The notes under the pieces were generated by a model. That model made no database searches and was not told where the DNA came from. It was given only the letters and a program-made list of their open reading frames with translations. A stretch of DNA of 63,618 nt, counting the filler, from Folioceros fuciformis (taxonomy: Eukaryota): the NCBI GenBank assembly GCA_049999805.1. It is 5 parts of 5 records of this genome, joined end to end, with 100 filler letters (N's around TTAATTAATTAA, not from the genome) between each part and the next. Parts side by side here need not be neighbours in the genome. Positions count along the whole stretch, not along the records: positions 1 to 21,606 come from JBNGIO010005636.1; 4 more parts are not named here. One strand, written 5' to 3'. Position 1 is the first letter of the stretch, and every line of letters begins with the position of its first letter. This document shows, piece after piece, positions 1 to 11,890 of the stretch. Made by a program: the position numbers and the translations under genes.

Positions 1-773
1 TTCAAAATTGAATTATCATCTACAAACGATGACTAAAATTTTTGCTGCTCAAGATAAAACGAAATAAAATAAAATAAAAATAAAATGGCTTAATCCGCAA
101 AAGATTTCCTAATATGGTACAAAGTCATAAATTTCTCCACGCATACATTTAGAATTCTCTCCAATTACTAAGTTTTAGTTTTCTTTTTTTCATCTTATTC
201 CAAGCGGCGAGGAAAAGTAAATGGACCAGAGCCACTACCAAATCTGGACAATTAGATGAGGTGAAGTATAATTTTATTTGAGTAAATAAATAGATAGATT
301 TTACTATTATAATTCTCAAGTTTTATGAATAAAAAGATAAAACATCAAATTAAGAATGTATACATACAAAGCTAAAGGATATAAGAGCAATACCCCAAAC
401 ATGTGGGTGGTATAAAGTACATTAGGAAAAAACTACATATGTGGTGCATGTGCCCTGTTAATCTTTCTACCTAATATTGCTACAAGAATTCTAATTGTGA
501 AGAATTTCAATGACAGTTCCATCTTGTCAAATAATATGTTGCATAAGCATCATCATATTAAGAAACTTGAGTGTGAGAGCACAGCTCGTTTGTGTTAACT
601 TAAGTACCTTAACATTCTTATAATACAAGCAAATGGGTATCTTGAGTTGATAAACTGTGTTTTCAGTGAGTGGGTAGAATAATTGTATTGTTGATGTGAG
701 TTGCCTTGTTGAAGTGAGTGTAGACATTCATTCATATGTGTTGAATGAGTGTGAGAAAATAGAGTATCGTCAC

Positions 774-3751
774 CTACTTCATGTTCTGCTTAACGAGGTT
801 GTAAAGGTAATCAATCACTTGGTCCTTATTGTCCCCGAAATGCCTTTGAAGTGTGATAATCTCCTGCGGCACTAAATCGATGCCGACTTTCCTAAACAAC
901 TCCGAAATCGGTTCGGATGAATCCATACTCTTGATTCTGCAAAATAATGTGATGTGAGTGAGTAAGAGTAGTTGAAATGCACAATGTGTTCATGAGATAA
1001 ACACTTGTATTAACATCTTTGGCATTACCCAGTTCTTTCAGGGAACGACTTATGTAGCTTGTCCACCTCTGATCCTGGCATTTTTCTTAGCAAAAATTGT
1101 AGCTGGGTTTAAGAATACAAGAGTTTGATGTTAGTGATGCGAGATATGCTGGTTTCGTTTAAACTAACCTACTTCAGATAGATTGCAGAAAGTTCACCAT
1201 TACCTTGTCTTGCACCACTGTGAAATCAGCCTTTGGATACTCTTTGGGATGTGATTCCATATACTTTAATGTCCACTCATCTGCTTGGATCAGATGGAAC
1301 AAATGCTCATAGAAAGCTATAGTGTTACCCACCCACATATCTTTGACAGTGTATCTCTTATTTGATCCGGGTTTGTATACTGCTCTTTGCCTCTGGATGT
1401 ACCTTCCAGAAGTTATCCCAGAATTCCTAACTGGAGGTTCAAATACGGCCATAGTGTCATCTCCTAAGTGGTACTGTCATGTATGAATACATTTTAATGT
1501 TTGTTACCATTACTAGATAGTTTAACATATAGTTAATGATTCAATTAGGCAATCACCATACCTGAACAACAAAAAATCTTGTCTTCTCTGTGGGAAAAAT
1601 TTTATGGGTTGTGTCTTCTACCATTTTTGCAGCGAAAGTCAATATCTGCGATAACATATTGTTAGTAAGCTAGGGTTTTTCTTAACAACATGTAGTTGAG
1701 AACATGGAACTATGACATTATGTTGTTTACCTTCCCGTCGTTCTTAATCCAGTTATTAAAGTCGAAGTATGGCGTCTTGGGCATCAAATGAATACAGTGA
1801 GAGTAGCTATCCTCAGGCTGTCCATACCCATTATGCAGTGGAACTTCCATTCTAGCTAAAACTGGGCCAGGTTCCTGCAAAAGGTAGATATTGATTAACA
1901 TCACCTAACTATGCAGGATTATATAAATGGAAGTAACGGTTTCCCACAAGCATACTTGAATGTTAATTGCTTCCATGTCCTCCTTTGCCATGCCATGATT
2001 CTCAATGTAGTAGTTACGTGTAAAGTCATCAACATCATGGATCAACATGTCTCTATTATACACTTTGAAAAAGCTTCCAATGCGGAAATCTTTCACATTG
2101 TAGTATAAAGATTTAGGTTTCTTAGCCACCATCTTTGCACCTATCAAGAACAAGGACTACTTCAACACATACAACACAAAAATTGCACGTAATACCATCA
2201 CCCAATGTGCACACGGTTTATTAGTCCTCTCATCCATCTTGCAGTATCTTTACCTAGAAGCCCTTGAGGAACTTCTTTGGGCAAGCGACATCGCCTTAAA
2301 AGTTTTGGGTAAGGATCTTTGCCAGCATTTTTCTCATTGATCTCCATCACCTCCATGGTATCATCCCCCAAGAAGTAATGCATAATCTGCCATTCATTAC
2401 AATTGCAAGAGTCCTTAAGAGGCTAAGAATACCTCAAACCCAAGGAGAAGAATGTAGATATCATGTGACAGAAGAACATGGGTAGACCATTATAAGGAAA
2501 CCCAATGCTTACATAAGGCCGCCGATCACCATACAAATTATCCCTATCATCCCAAACGCAAAAGAATCGTAAGGTTTTTGGGTCATTCTCCAAAAACTGC
2601 TTGGACGCAAAATCCTTAGGATGTGACACCCGATGATGTGCAAGACTCTCTCTGTATTCTTGCAATGGTTCACCAGGATAAGCTTCTTCTTGTCCAATAG
2701 GATACCCATGCTTATGGAGATATCTCTGTAGCATTAAGCAAAGAAGTACATGAAAACTTTTCTCAAGATTATCACATTCAAGATAATCAAAGAGCATGTC
2801 TTCTTTACCCGAGTAAAAATGTCACATGCCACTATATGATAAACATGTCCATAGATTTCAATATCTTTCCCCAACTGAAAGTCTCCAACACCAATAGGTT
2901 CAGCTGGGTTCAATCTCTTCAGTACCCTATGCCTTCTTAGAAATTGTCCCTGCATTAGATAAAATTGTGTATATTATTTCATTTAAAAATAATAAAACAT
3001 TTTTTTTAAAAAAAAAATCAAACAAAACCTCCTACTTATACCTGCATCATCCCGCTATTATCTTCTCTTTTTTCCTGAATATTAAGGATAAATACTTAGA
3101 CATATGCATAGAGATCTGCATACAGATTAAGGAAAATGGAGATTATGTCTATGAGTCAAAAAATTCACTTACAGAGATTTGGACAGTAGCATCTTCAAGA
3201 TAATAATAAATTGTACATTTTCGAACTCGAAAATTTTCTTCTCTTCTTTCATTTACTTGTTCTTTGAAATAAGCAAAGAATCTCAACACCTGTCACAATA
3301 TTCATAATGTATTACTTCCAAACGGGGGGCGTTTACACCGTTCTATGAAAATTTAGCTTTGTTTGTTTGTCCAATTTATGAAAAATGTGAAAATGAATGA
3401 CACACTTGATGATCATATTTCAGCCATGCTGGTTGAGGCCCATAACAATCTTCATCGCAACCACATACTCCATCACATGGGTCTGCTTTGATAAGTTCAT
3501 TTGAGAATCGTTTTCCATATTTGTCTTTCACTAAAGGCCGCACTTCAGGGAATCCATCTGAGAAATTTAGTGTTTGAGATTTCCTCCTTGGTTCTTCCTG
3601 GAGTTTGTGCAAATTTTAGCTTTCGAGTTTTGGGCTTAGGGTGGGAAGGTTGGTTTAGTTGATTCTTGTTTCATGTTTGGAAGTGTGATGTTGGTTAGTT
3701 TGTACTCACAGGGCCATGGCAGAAAGAAAACGGTGGCAATGAAACATCCAT
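774..3751 (-). CDS. EFHC1: EFHC1/RIB72-like axonemal protein with three DM10 domains (multi-exon)
   Basis: Exon peptides KSQTLNFSDG, PAWLKYDHQ-VLRFFAYFKE..YYYLED, QGQFLRRHR..DIEIYGHVYHIVACDIFTR, LRFFCVWDDRDNLYGDRRPY-HYFLGDDTMEVMEINEKNAGKDPYPKLL and AVFEPPVRNSGITSGRYIQRQR match the DM10 repeats of EFHC1/RIB72. Inferred first exon MDVSLPPFSFCHGP|GTGAGT (ATG 3751); last exon ends ..LVKQNMK* at 774. Confidence 0.88.
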
Positions 3752-5033
3752 GGTTCCCTCTTTGCAAGTGTGGAACTAAGAAAAATGAGCACTTCACTTG
3801 TTTTATTTGCCTCCAATTTTATGTTTCTCCTGTGGAAAGATATCTAGATGGTTTCATATCTTTGGGTAGAAACCCTTCAAGTTCTTGATTTGAATTCAAA
3901 AGTATCATGTTATCTTCACTTTCTTACTTTTATGAGAGATGTGATAGAGAAGTGTATGTTGGTATGTAGACATACACACTTTTTTGTTTCCTTTCAAAAA
4001 AATATTTCAGCTGAAGCATTCGAGTTTGGGCTAACATGTAGGTGTAATGCATAGTTGGCAAATGCGGCCGTCGTGAAACCCGCATCAATCAAGTTATCAT
4101 ACCACCATCATTCTTCTTCTTTGTTCATTCTTTTGGTTAAATAGAAATTGACTTTGATGTATATTGCTTGAACCCTTGACCAATTTCATATACCTACTTA
4201 TTTGTAATAACTTATATATATATATTTGAAATAATGTAGACAGAAACGACGACATATGAGTTAATTAGGCGACATATGGTGAACCGTCAACATGTGATGA
4301 GAGCTACTGAAAGGTTCCGACGGAGGTAATTAGCTATGGAGGAGACCAGCTCGCTGAAGAGTAAAGTTGTCCACAGCGCCGTCCTCCTCTGGCTCACCCT
4401 CCATCATATTCCTAACAGCAAGTGATGAGAAGAAAAGAAGGGATAGACGATGGAGGGGGAGTCGGAGGATGAGGGCTCCGACGACAGTCAGTCTTCGGGG
4501 ACTGCTTCCAAGAAAACGCAGCGTGCGCTCTCAACCTCTGAGGAATCGTAACAGGGGATAGGTGAGGTTGCTGCACTGTGCCTAGGTTTGCAAGTAGGTG
4601 CATGCGCAGAAGAGGAGAGGAGGTCCGCAGCCAAGCTCCGCAGCTGATTGAGTGCAGATTTATCTTGCATGTGAAGAAATTGCGTCACGGTTTTCTGAGG
4701 CTGCATTCATTCAGTGAGTAGGACTCCTGGTCGGGGTCGCGGAGCCACTGCTGCGCTCTTTCACGTCCTGCTGCTCCTTCACGATGAATTCCCTTCCTCG
4801 TATTGGTGATTGTGCTGATAACCCTAATGGTTGGAGCATTTTGAGTAAGCTTACCCCTGGATCGGAGGGTAGAGTTCTTGTTGTCCCGTGTGTTGTTGTG
4901 ACGACTTGGCCTGCCTGCTAGTTCTCTTGCTCGATTAGTAGGCCAGATCTGTCTGCGCCTTGCTTTGCTCTTGGTAAGCTATATTGTTTTCTCCATTTGT
5001 TCAGTGACGTCTATTTCCTCCAAGGACTATATT

Positions 5034-5912
5034 CTACCAGTCCCACTCGATATCTGTGGCATCAGCAGAAAACAACCATTCTGCTCCAGCATTGGACAGA
5101 TGAAGCCATGACAAAGTGGAATTGAAGTGAAGGATGTGCGCTAGTTGCAGTGCTCCTTCATCTCCAACAGGATTCCTCCCAACGTCCAGCCTCTCAAGAG
5201 TGCAGTTTGTCTGCAGTGCGAGAGCGAGCATCCTCGCTCCTTCTGGCCCTATTCCCGTGTTATCCAAAGCCAGAGCTTTCAAGGTCCAACTGTGTTGGAG
5301 CATATGGGCAATGTGGCTGCACCCTTCAACTGTCCCACAAGCCCTGATCTCATCGAGGTTCAGGTCTTCCGTGTTGCAACCAGGCAGCAGCATTCCCGAA
5401 CACAGAGCCTCCAGGGCACCCGGAGTGATCCAGGAGTCCGGAAAGTTCTTTCTTACAAAGGAAATCCTAGTGAACAAACAGCTGGCCCGGCCAATGAGGC
5501 CCAGCAAAACGCCACCCACAAGCTGCTCAACTTCAAGACGATCCACCTCGCATCCATCACCACCCATTTCTGACCAGTCCCACCAACTGTCGAGTTCATG
5601 AGCCTCGCACCCAAAAGTACCGCCGTCGGAAAAGGATTCGCCGGACCTGGTGTCTGACGTTCCTTCCTTTTGCTTCCTCCATTTGCCCCCGCTTTCCAGC
5701 TGCCAAAAGCGCATGTAATATCCTACGCATTCGCGGCCAATCACTGGCATGAACTGCTCTCGCAGTAGGCGGAAATCTCCTTCTGAACCCCAGTAAGGCT
5801 CGTCGCCAACGTGACTATCTACCAGAAAACTTTCAAACGCCGGTTGAAGACTCGTTACCAGACTCAGTACATCACCCGTCGTGGGGCTTGGTTTTCTACT
5901 CGTGCTGGCCAT
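5034..5912 (-). CDS. Leucine-rich repeat protein with RI-like (NLRC3/TORNADO1-type) LRRs; intronless ORF
   Basis: Repeats of about 28 aa: TLKALALDNTGIGPEGARMLALALQTN, TLERLDVGRNPVGDEGALQLAHILHFN, TLSWLHLSN. First ATG after the upstream gene is MASTSRK at 5912. The C-terminus may be truncated or spliced. Confidence 0.65.
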   Translation of the reverse strand: MASTSRKPSPTTGDVLSLVTSLQPAFESFLVDSHVGDEPYWGSEGDFRLLREQFMPVIGRECVGYYMRFWQLESGGKWRKQKEGTSDTRSGESFSDGGTFGCEAHELDSWWDWSEMGGDGCEVDRLEVEQLVGGVLLGLIGRASCLFTRISFVRKNFPDSWITPGALEALCSGMLLPGCNTEDLNLDEIRACGTVEGCSHIAHMLQHSWTLKALALDNTGIGPEGARMLALALQTNCTLERLDVGRNPVGDEGALQLAHILHFNSTLSWLHLSNAGAEWLFSADATDIEWDW

Positions 5913-5952
5913 AGCTGAGAAACATCCCAACCCTGACCTAATCTGTGCTCTC

Positions 5953-6676
5953 TCATCTACTGAAAGCGGCTGAAAGCCTTCTCGAAATCTGATCCAGTCC
6001 CATCCTCGGAGACAATCTGGGGAGCACTTCCTGCAGCACAACCACATCAGCGGACTCATCAACACTAATTCTAACCCTATCCTGAGAATCAACCAGCAGA
6101 GGAAGGCACCAAACCCACGAACCTCCGTATCGTCAGCTCTGATCCTAGCTAACACAGGAATCTCGTATTTATAGGCTTGCTCCCACTCGGGATTCGAGGT
6201 GATGTCTCGGACCTGAGGCGAAATACGCACAACAAGGCATCAGCACAACGACACGCTGTATCTGAGCATCACATGGTCTTGGGGAGCCGGAACACCTCAA
6301 CGCGCACTCCGGCCAACGGCCCGTCAGACCCAAGAGCCGCCACCTGCTGCAGCTTCTCCTTGAGCCCGTCACAGAGGCAGCATCCCTCCTTGCTGTAAAG
6401 GACCAACCTCTCGTACCTCTGGTCCAGAAATGACTGCCCCTTCTCCTCAGCAGCGCAGAAACCTCGCAAGGCTGAACCGGACTCGGGGCTCGTCAGAGCT
6501 CGGACCGATGTAGACGGTGATCTCGCATGGCAGAATTTCAAGTGAACTCGAGAGATTACGCGAACACCGGCCGGCGGACCGCGCAGCGCATGCACTGCTT
6601 TGCTTCTCGACAAGCCCACAACCTCGCAGCCACTTCGTGCCAGCACGCACATTGCGAGCGATCGGGATGACGACAT
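5953..6676 (-). CDS. Glutaredoxin-like (DUF836, thioredoxin fold) protein with N-terminal transit peptide; 3 exons
   Basis: Exon 1 RLVLYSKEGCCLCDGLKEKLQ (ends 6296); exon 2 VRDITSNPEWEQAYKYEIPVLARIRADDTE (6212-6123); exon 3 EVLPRLSPRMGLDQISRRLSAAFSR* (6030-5953). GT-AG introns; resembles plant DUF836 proteins. Confidence 0.88.
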
Positions 6677-7852
6677 GGAAAGGACGATGAAAAAACGAAG
6701 CCTGACTTCACAGGCCGAGAAGAATATCCCAAGGTGTTATGCAGAAACATGCGGGAATCAGAGGCAGAAAAGAAAACGAGGGAGCTTTCATTAATTGTGC
6801 ATCTGTTTCTACAAACAACATTGCTTGACGTCGGTCAAGCACAAGGTAGGTAGCTAGTTTCTGCAGGACTCACAGAGGAAACACGGGAACAGTCTCCACA
6901 GACTATGCTCCAAAGAGCGCACTCGAAGTTCAGAGTCCAGCTCAAACTCCAACGGTAACTCCAAGCAGTCCAGAAGACCCGTCAGCGAAAGCCGCTCTTC
7001 TCGCAAAGACGAAAGTTCAGCAATGAAAACCCTGCCAAAGAGTGGTAACAGAGGCAGACCGTCGACTAGGGTAACACCACGACCTATGCCTCTTTACAAG
7101 CCTGAAACACTCTTCGAGGGCCCCTGCAAGCTGGGAAATGAACTTGTTAGTAGACTCATCACGCCTCTGTCCGGCTCCAGCAGTTTCGATGCAAGCACTA
7201 ATGCTAAGCGTCACACTGTATGCCCCCCTCACAGCTCCATCGAATTTCAAAAGCAAGCAAGAACTACATCTAAGCGTCATCTTGTATGCCCCCTCATTGA
7301 AGATCAACCATCACGAATCAACAGGTGGCCGCTCAAGCAAAAAGGCACAATACTGATCTTTATATGCACAAATAAAAGCTCGGCATCCATTCCCAAGCGA
7401 ACGCCGTAGGGGACGCAAAGCAGAACTTAGTGCAACGACACCACCCTGAGCCACATAGCATTCGCAGCCAGTCACTCCGAGTGCGTAGCTTACGAGAAAC
7501 GGCGAACGGTCTTGGCGTAACGGAAGCTCCAAATTCTCACGCTCCCACCGGTGAATTGCTTTCACTTAATCGTCTGCTGCGCCTGCACGTTCCGCGTCCA
7601 ACTCTCCTTCCGTCCATGCCTGCCGCTCACATGCCGAAGAGCCTGCCAGGCGTTTGCTAGAAACCATTCCATCTGGAGGCGAAGACCCTCTACCTCTCAC
7701 AACAGCGAGGGAGGCGCCAATTGCGAGTTAGGGCAAGCCGTCTATAATAATGTAAGCCCGGGAATCGGGATCAACGTACGGTTAAACTTTAGCTCATTGG
7801 CGTCCACGTTCCCACACAGAATTTCCTTTGCAAGACCTTGGGAAGGCGAATA

Positions 7853-8601
7853 ATGGGCGACGGGTCCTCCAGGAGGGTGCCCGCCCTGGTCTTGCTGCTG
7901 GCTCTGCTCGTGGGGTGGGCTGCCGTCTCGCACGCCAAGGCCGTGAAACCCATCACTGTGAGTGCAGAATCTTGGTCCTGTGTTGTAAGCATGTGATGGG
8001 TTGTGTCACATGCAGAGGGCGATCCGCTCAAAGATGAAATGGCGTTGTTTCCGGCAGGATGTGGAAGTGAGGGCCAGGAAGCTGGATTGCCTGGTGGATA
8101 TCGATAAGTATGGCCTTGCTGAGTTTGGAACGGGAACTGGAACGAGTGTGGAGTGTGATATGAATCCGTTGAGGAAGACGAGTATGTCTCACGCGATTTG
8201 TGCTGTCTGATCACAGTGGTATGTGGGGGAGGCGGTGCAAGCAATCGGCGATAGACAGGGAAAATTGTGCCCTTCGATGCGTTTCTGCAGCGTGTTATCA
8301 GCTGATCTACGGCGCGGATCCGGTACTTTTTTCCTTTCTCTCAAGGTTTAGCTGTTGCGTGTGGAGGTCGACACTCTCGATCTGACCTGATGCCAACTGA
8401 CGGTGCAGCTTGAAGAGGGCGAAGTGGAGTTTCATCGGGGTCGAGATTTCAGGATGTGTGTACGAAGGTAGGAAGCCTGCCGTTTTGTGTGACACCCTGT
8501 CTACCTGTCAGTCATCTACGTAGAGATCCTTAGCTTTGGTGGCACCATGTTTCAGGGAGTCCAGGGGTTTGCCTATCACTATGGAGAACCTATACGAATG
8601 A
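7853..8601 (+). CDS. Small secreted Cys-rich protein, DUF4787 family (5 exons)
   Basis: Signal peptide MGDGSSRRVPALVLLLALLVGWAAVSHA, then exons DVEVRARKLDCLVDID, GMWGRRCKQSAIDRENCALRCVSAACYQLIYGADP and LEEGEVEFHRGRDFRMCVR. The CY..IY..DPLEEGE motif is typical of DUF4787. Last exon inferred. Confidence 0.75.
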
Positions 8602-9066
8602 AGGAAAGGAAGGATTGTGCTCGAGCTGAGAGAGGACTTGGAGACTTAGCTTCTGATCGAAAGTCATCGAAGGAAGAACAGAGCGGGGACTAATGGCCTT
8701 GAAGAAGAATTCGAACTCTTCTCGTCAGCTCTTCATGTTAACTGTACCATAAGGTGGTGCCAGAGCTACTGCAAGTTTCCTGCAGGGGCAGAGTGAGAGA
8801 CGCCTGCCACCAGCTTAGATCAGAAGTTCAGCCCGGCTAGCGGGTATGAATGTTGCACAGTCTGGTCAGCGAAGGTATTCATCAGACGTCAAATGTGTCG
8901 CACTGGTCTAACACGTGTAAAGCAAGAACTGTGGGACAAATTTTGATCCCTCGCACCAGTTTCAGACCGAACTGCATTACACACGTCGAAATGCAGACCA
9001 CGAAATACTCATGTTCTACTCCAGAAACATCCGAGAAGTCTCACGTGGCACGGGATTTCCACGGCA

Positions 9067-11422
9067 TTAATTAGACAGAGACTTCAGGAACCTACTGAAG
9101 GACGACAGTGGACCCACAACCTTCGCCAACAGGGACGGTTCAGACTCCTCGTCGTTGTCCTTCCCACCGCTGAAGAGTAGGACCTGCAAGACAACAGGAG
9201 ATGAGAAACAATCCACGCCCCCATTGCCCGATCTTACGACAAGTCACAAAACTTAATTGGCATACATCAAGGTCGTCAGGATCCGGGCGCCGGACTAGCT
9301 CTTTCGATAATAGATAACGCCCTGGCCTTTCCTTGTCATCAAGAAACACCTGCCACAGCCTGTCGTGCAAGTCCCTTCAAGTACATGCCTTCCAAGTAGT
9401 CGGAAACATCTGTGTGATCGGGGTGAAAACTAACCCGGGATATTTTCTGAATATTGCCCCGAACGACAGTGGCCTCATGGAATAAACTACCGTAAAAGTG
9501 CTGAAAGCAACCGCAAGCAAATCCTGGTTAAACGGCCACTTCCACGCCTCAGCTGCGAAACGTTTGACTAGAGGACGAGATGGTACCTTAGAAAGGACTC
9601 CCGCATTCTGCGCACATTGAGGCCAATGCCTACATCTCCGCTTACAAGCCTAGGATTCCACATCACGAGTGGCCTCCCCTGAAGATGAAGATAAACAATC
9701 ATGGAGAATATGAGAGCTCAAGGATAAGACAACTTACTATCTACAAACTGATAGTAGCATACTTACAGGCCCATTTGCACTATCTGCGAGGACCGATGCG
9801 ATCCGTTGAACATCTGCAAGCATTTGATGATCTGGAGCAACTAACACTACTAACTCATCGCCAATGGAGACTGGCTTTCTGTCATTACAGCTGCCAACGC
9901 GCGAAGAGACAATTAAGGAAATGTGTTGATAGTGCCAGACGAGTCCACACTATCCTGTTCGACATTCTGGGCAAACAGCAAACACGATATACTGGCGCAA
10001 CCTGGCTACGACAGCTGATCAAAACCGACCACGGTAAGCAGGCCCTAAGACCTCAAATGCACGCAAGAAAAAAAGACACACACACAGGAAATTCTGTACC
10101 TGCCAAAGCTGAATGGCACTTCGCCCCAACGGGACTTCACCAGAGCAGCTGATCCGGCATCAGGAAATATTGCTTTTACGCACTGCACACCAGCTTCACA
10201 TTGTCAAAAGAACAAAGCTCCACAGCACCATATTTCCAAATAGTTAGCTAGATCGACACAAAGTTTTGAGACTTAGCAAAGGAGCTCTCCAACACTGTGG
10301 ATTTAAAGCTTTACCTGCATCCCCAAGGCCTCTTGCAGCGTCTCAACGAACAATCTTGATAAGTTCCACAGCTTCTCTTGAGCACCATCTTCATTGAGAT
10401 TTTCTAGTTCCGGCAGCAAAAGCTCCGTCTACCTTATTGTCATACAAAAATGAGACTGAGCAATAGCGTGGACGACACATAAGGTCCCTAACCTAAGGAC
10501 TTCCAACCGCATCCAAAGTGAGACAAAAAAATGACATTTACAAGAGCATGTTGTGCCTGGTTAACCTCATCAACAAATGCTCTAGAAGATGGGGTCTGAT
10601 ACTCAGGCTCGGAAGCATTTCCGCAGCTGTTTACTTGCCATGCACCATATCTCTCAATGCATGGCTCGGCCAGCTGCACTAAATGCTGGACACCTAATAA
10701 CTGTCAATGTCTGCCCTATTCAACCTCCTATTCACCTTCCAAACAGGAGGGCTGGTTGTTCAGGCGATGTCTTTCTGCGACCCAAAGCCGTACCGTATGA
10801 CTTGCGTCACCCACACAGTTCGGCCACTCGCAGACCTCCTTGACCTAACCTTCCAGAATTACAATCCTGCGGCTCAGAAAGCACAGGGACGAGGCGACTC
10901 TTACTATGGCCCGCGTGCCACCAGAACTGATGTACAAGGCAGCTGCTTCTGCAGATTGTACGACGGCATCCTCCAAATCATTCGGAAGCACGCTATACAC
11001 CACAACATCTGCATGAGTGAAAAGCGTGGGAGTACTTCCATTCGGTGCGGTGCTCTCTCTTTGAATACAATCCTCCTACGCTGCTGCTGTTACAATCTTG
11101 AGCTGGCAAACCAGCTATGAAACGCTCACCTATCGTCCGCCGAGTCCTCAACCTGCCCCTCGTCCTCTCCATCGCCTTCCTCCGCGGTCTCTTCGTACGC
11201 TTCATTGTCCAAAGTCTTGCTACCACCAAACTCCTGAAATTTGGCCCCCCGAGACACGACCCGCTTGATTGATGCCGTAGAGAAGATTCCTCCCGAGCGC
11301 ACCGTGAAGCCGCCGAACCTTCGAGGAGGGAACTCTATCCGGCATAGAGGCCTGCGCACGTCTCCAAGGCTCGGCGCCGCTGATGCTCGTAAGGGCATCC
11401 GCGAAATGCGGTGGAGAGCCAT
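9067..11422 (-). CDS. Chloroplast DUF1995-domain protein (multi-exon)
   Basis: Transit peptide followed by exons VLPNDLEDAVVQSAEAAALYISSGGTRAI, ELLLPELENLNEDGAQEKLWNLSR, VKAIFPDAGSAAL, NDRKPV..PDHQML, WQVFLDDKERPGRYLLSKEL and ..FSRFLKSLSN*. Confidence 0.85.
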
Positions 11423-11890
11423 GATCTTCAAGTGCCGTCATGGCCGCTTTCGGTTGTGGTGTTGTAGGTATTGTGGAAGGATGTACACATTTAGGTCCGA
11501 GTGTGCATCAGGAAAAACGGAGTCATTATCTTGTACATCCAAGAAGCCTTGAATCTTACAATATAAGTCATAGCTTCCAGAAACCAAACAAGCTGTTGGA
11601 CATTTCTAAGTCTCACACTAGCTACTTCTGTAAGAAGCGGGCGTGGCAGCAGCCAGAAGGACTTAAGTCCGGTATTCACAACCTGCAGAGGCTCCCCATC
11701 TCCCAGGCGAGGCTCCACAGACATGCACATAATCATAATGCATGGTCCTAGTCAAGTGGTATGTATCATCCGCACGGGTAACAATGTGTTACCACATCGT
11801 CCAATGGCCCACGTTTTCACAACTACATTCTCAACACCCCTGCCGTTCTTGTACAGTAAGCTGTAGAACCTGTTCCCAAAAGCTTGCGAG

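Noticed and set aside
373-382. ATATCCTTT on the minus strand, like a U12 5' splice site
   Set aside because: It lies downstream of the EFHC1 stop, with no coding exon pair or convincing branch site and acceptor.
4290-5010. GC-shifted segment that might be a solo LTR or TE fragment
   Set aside because: I could not find paired termini, a TSD or a PBS; not supportable from the sequence alone.
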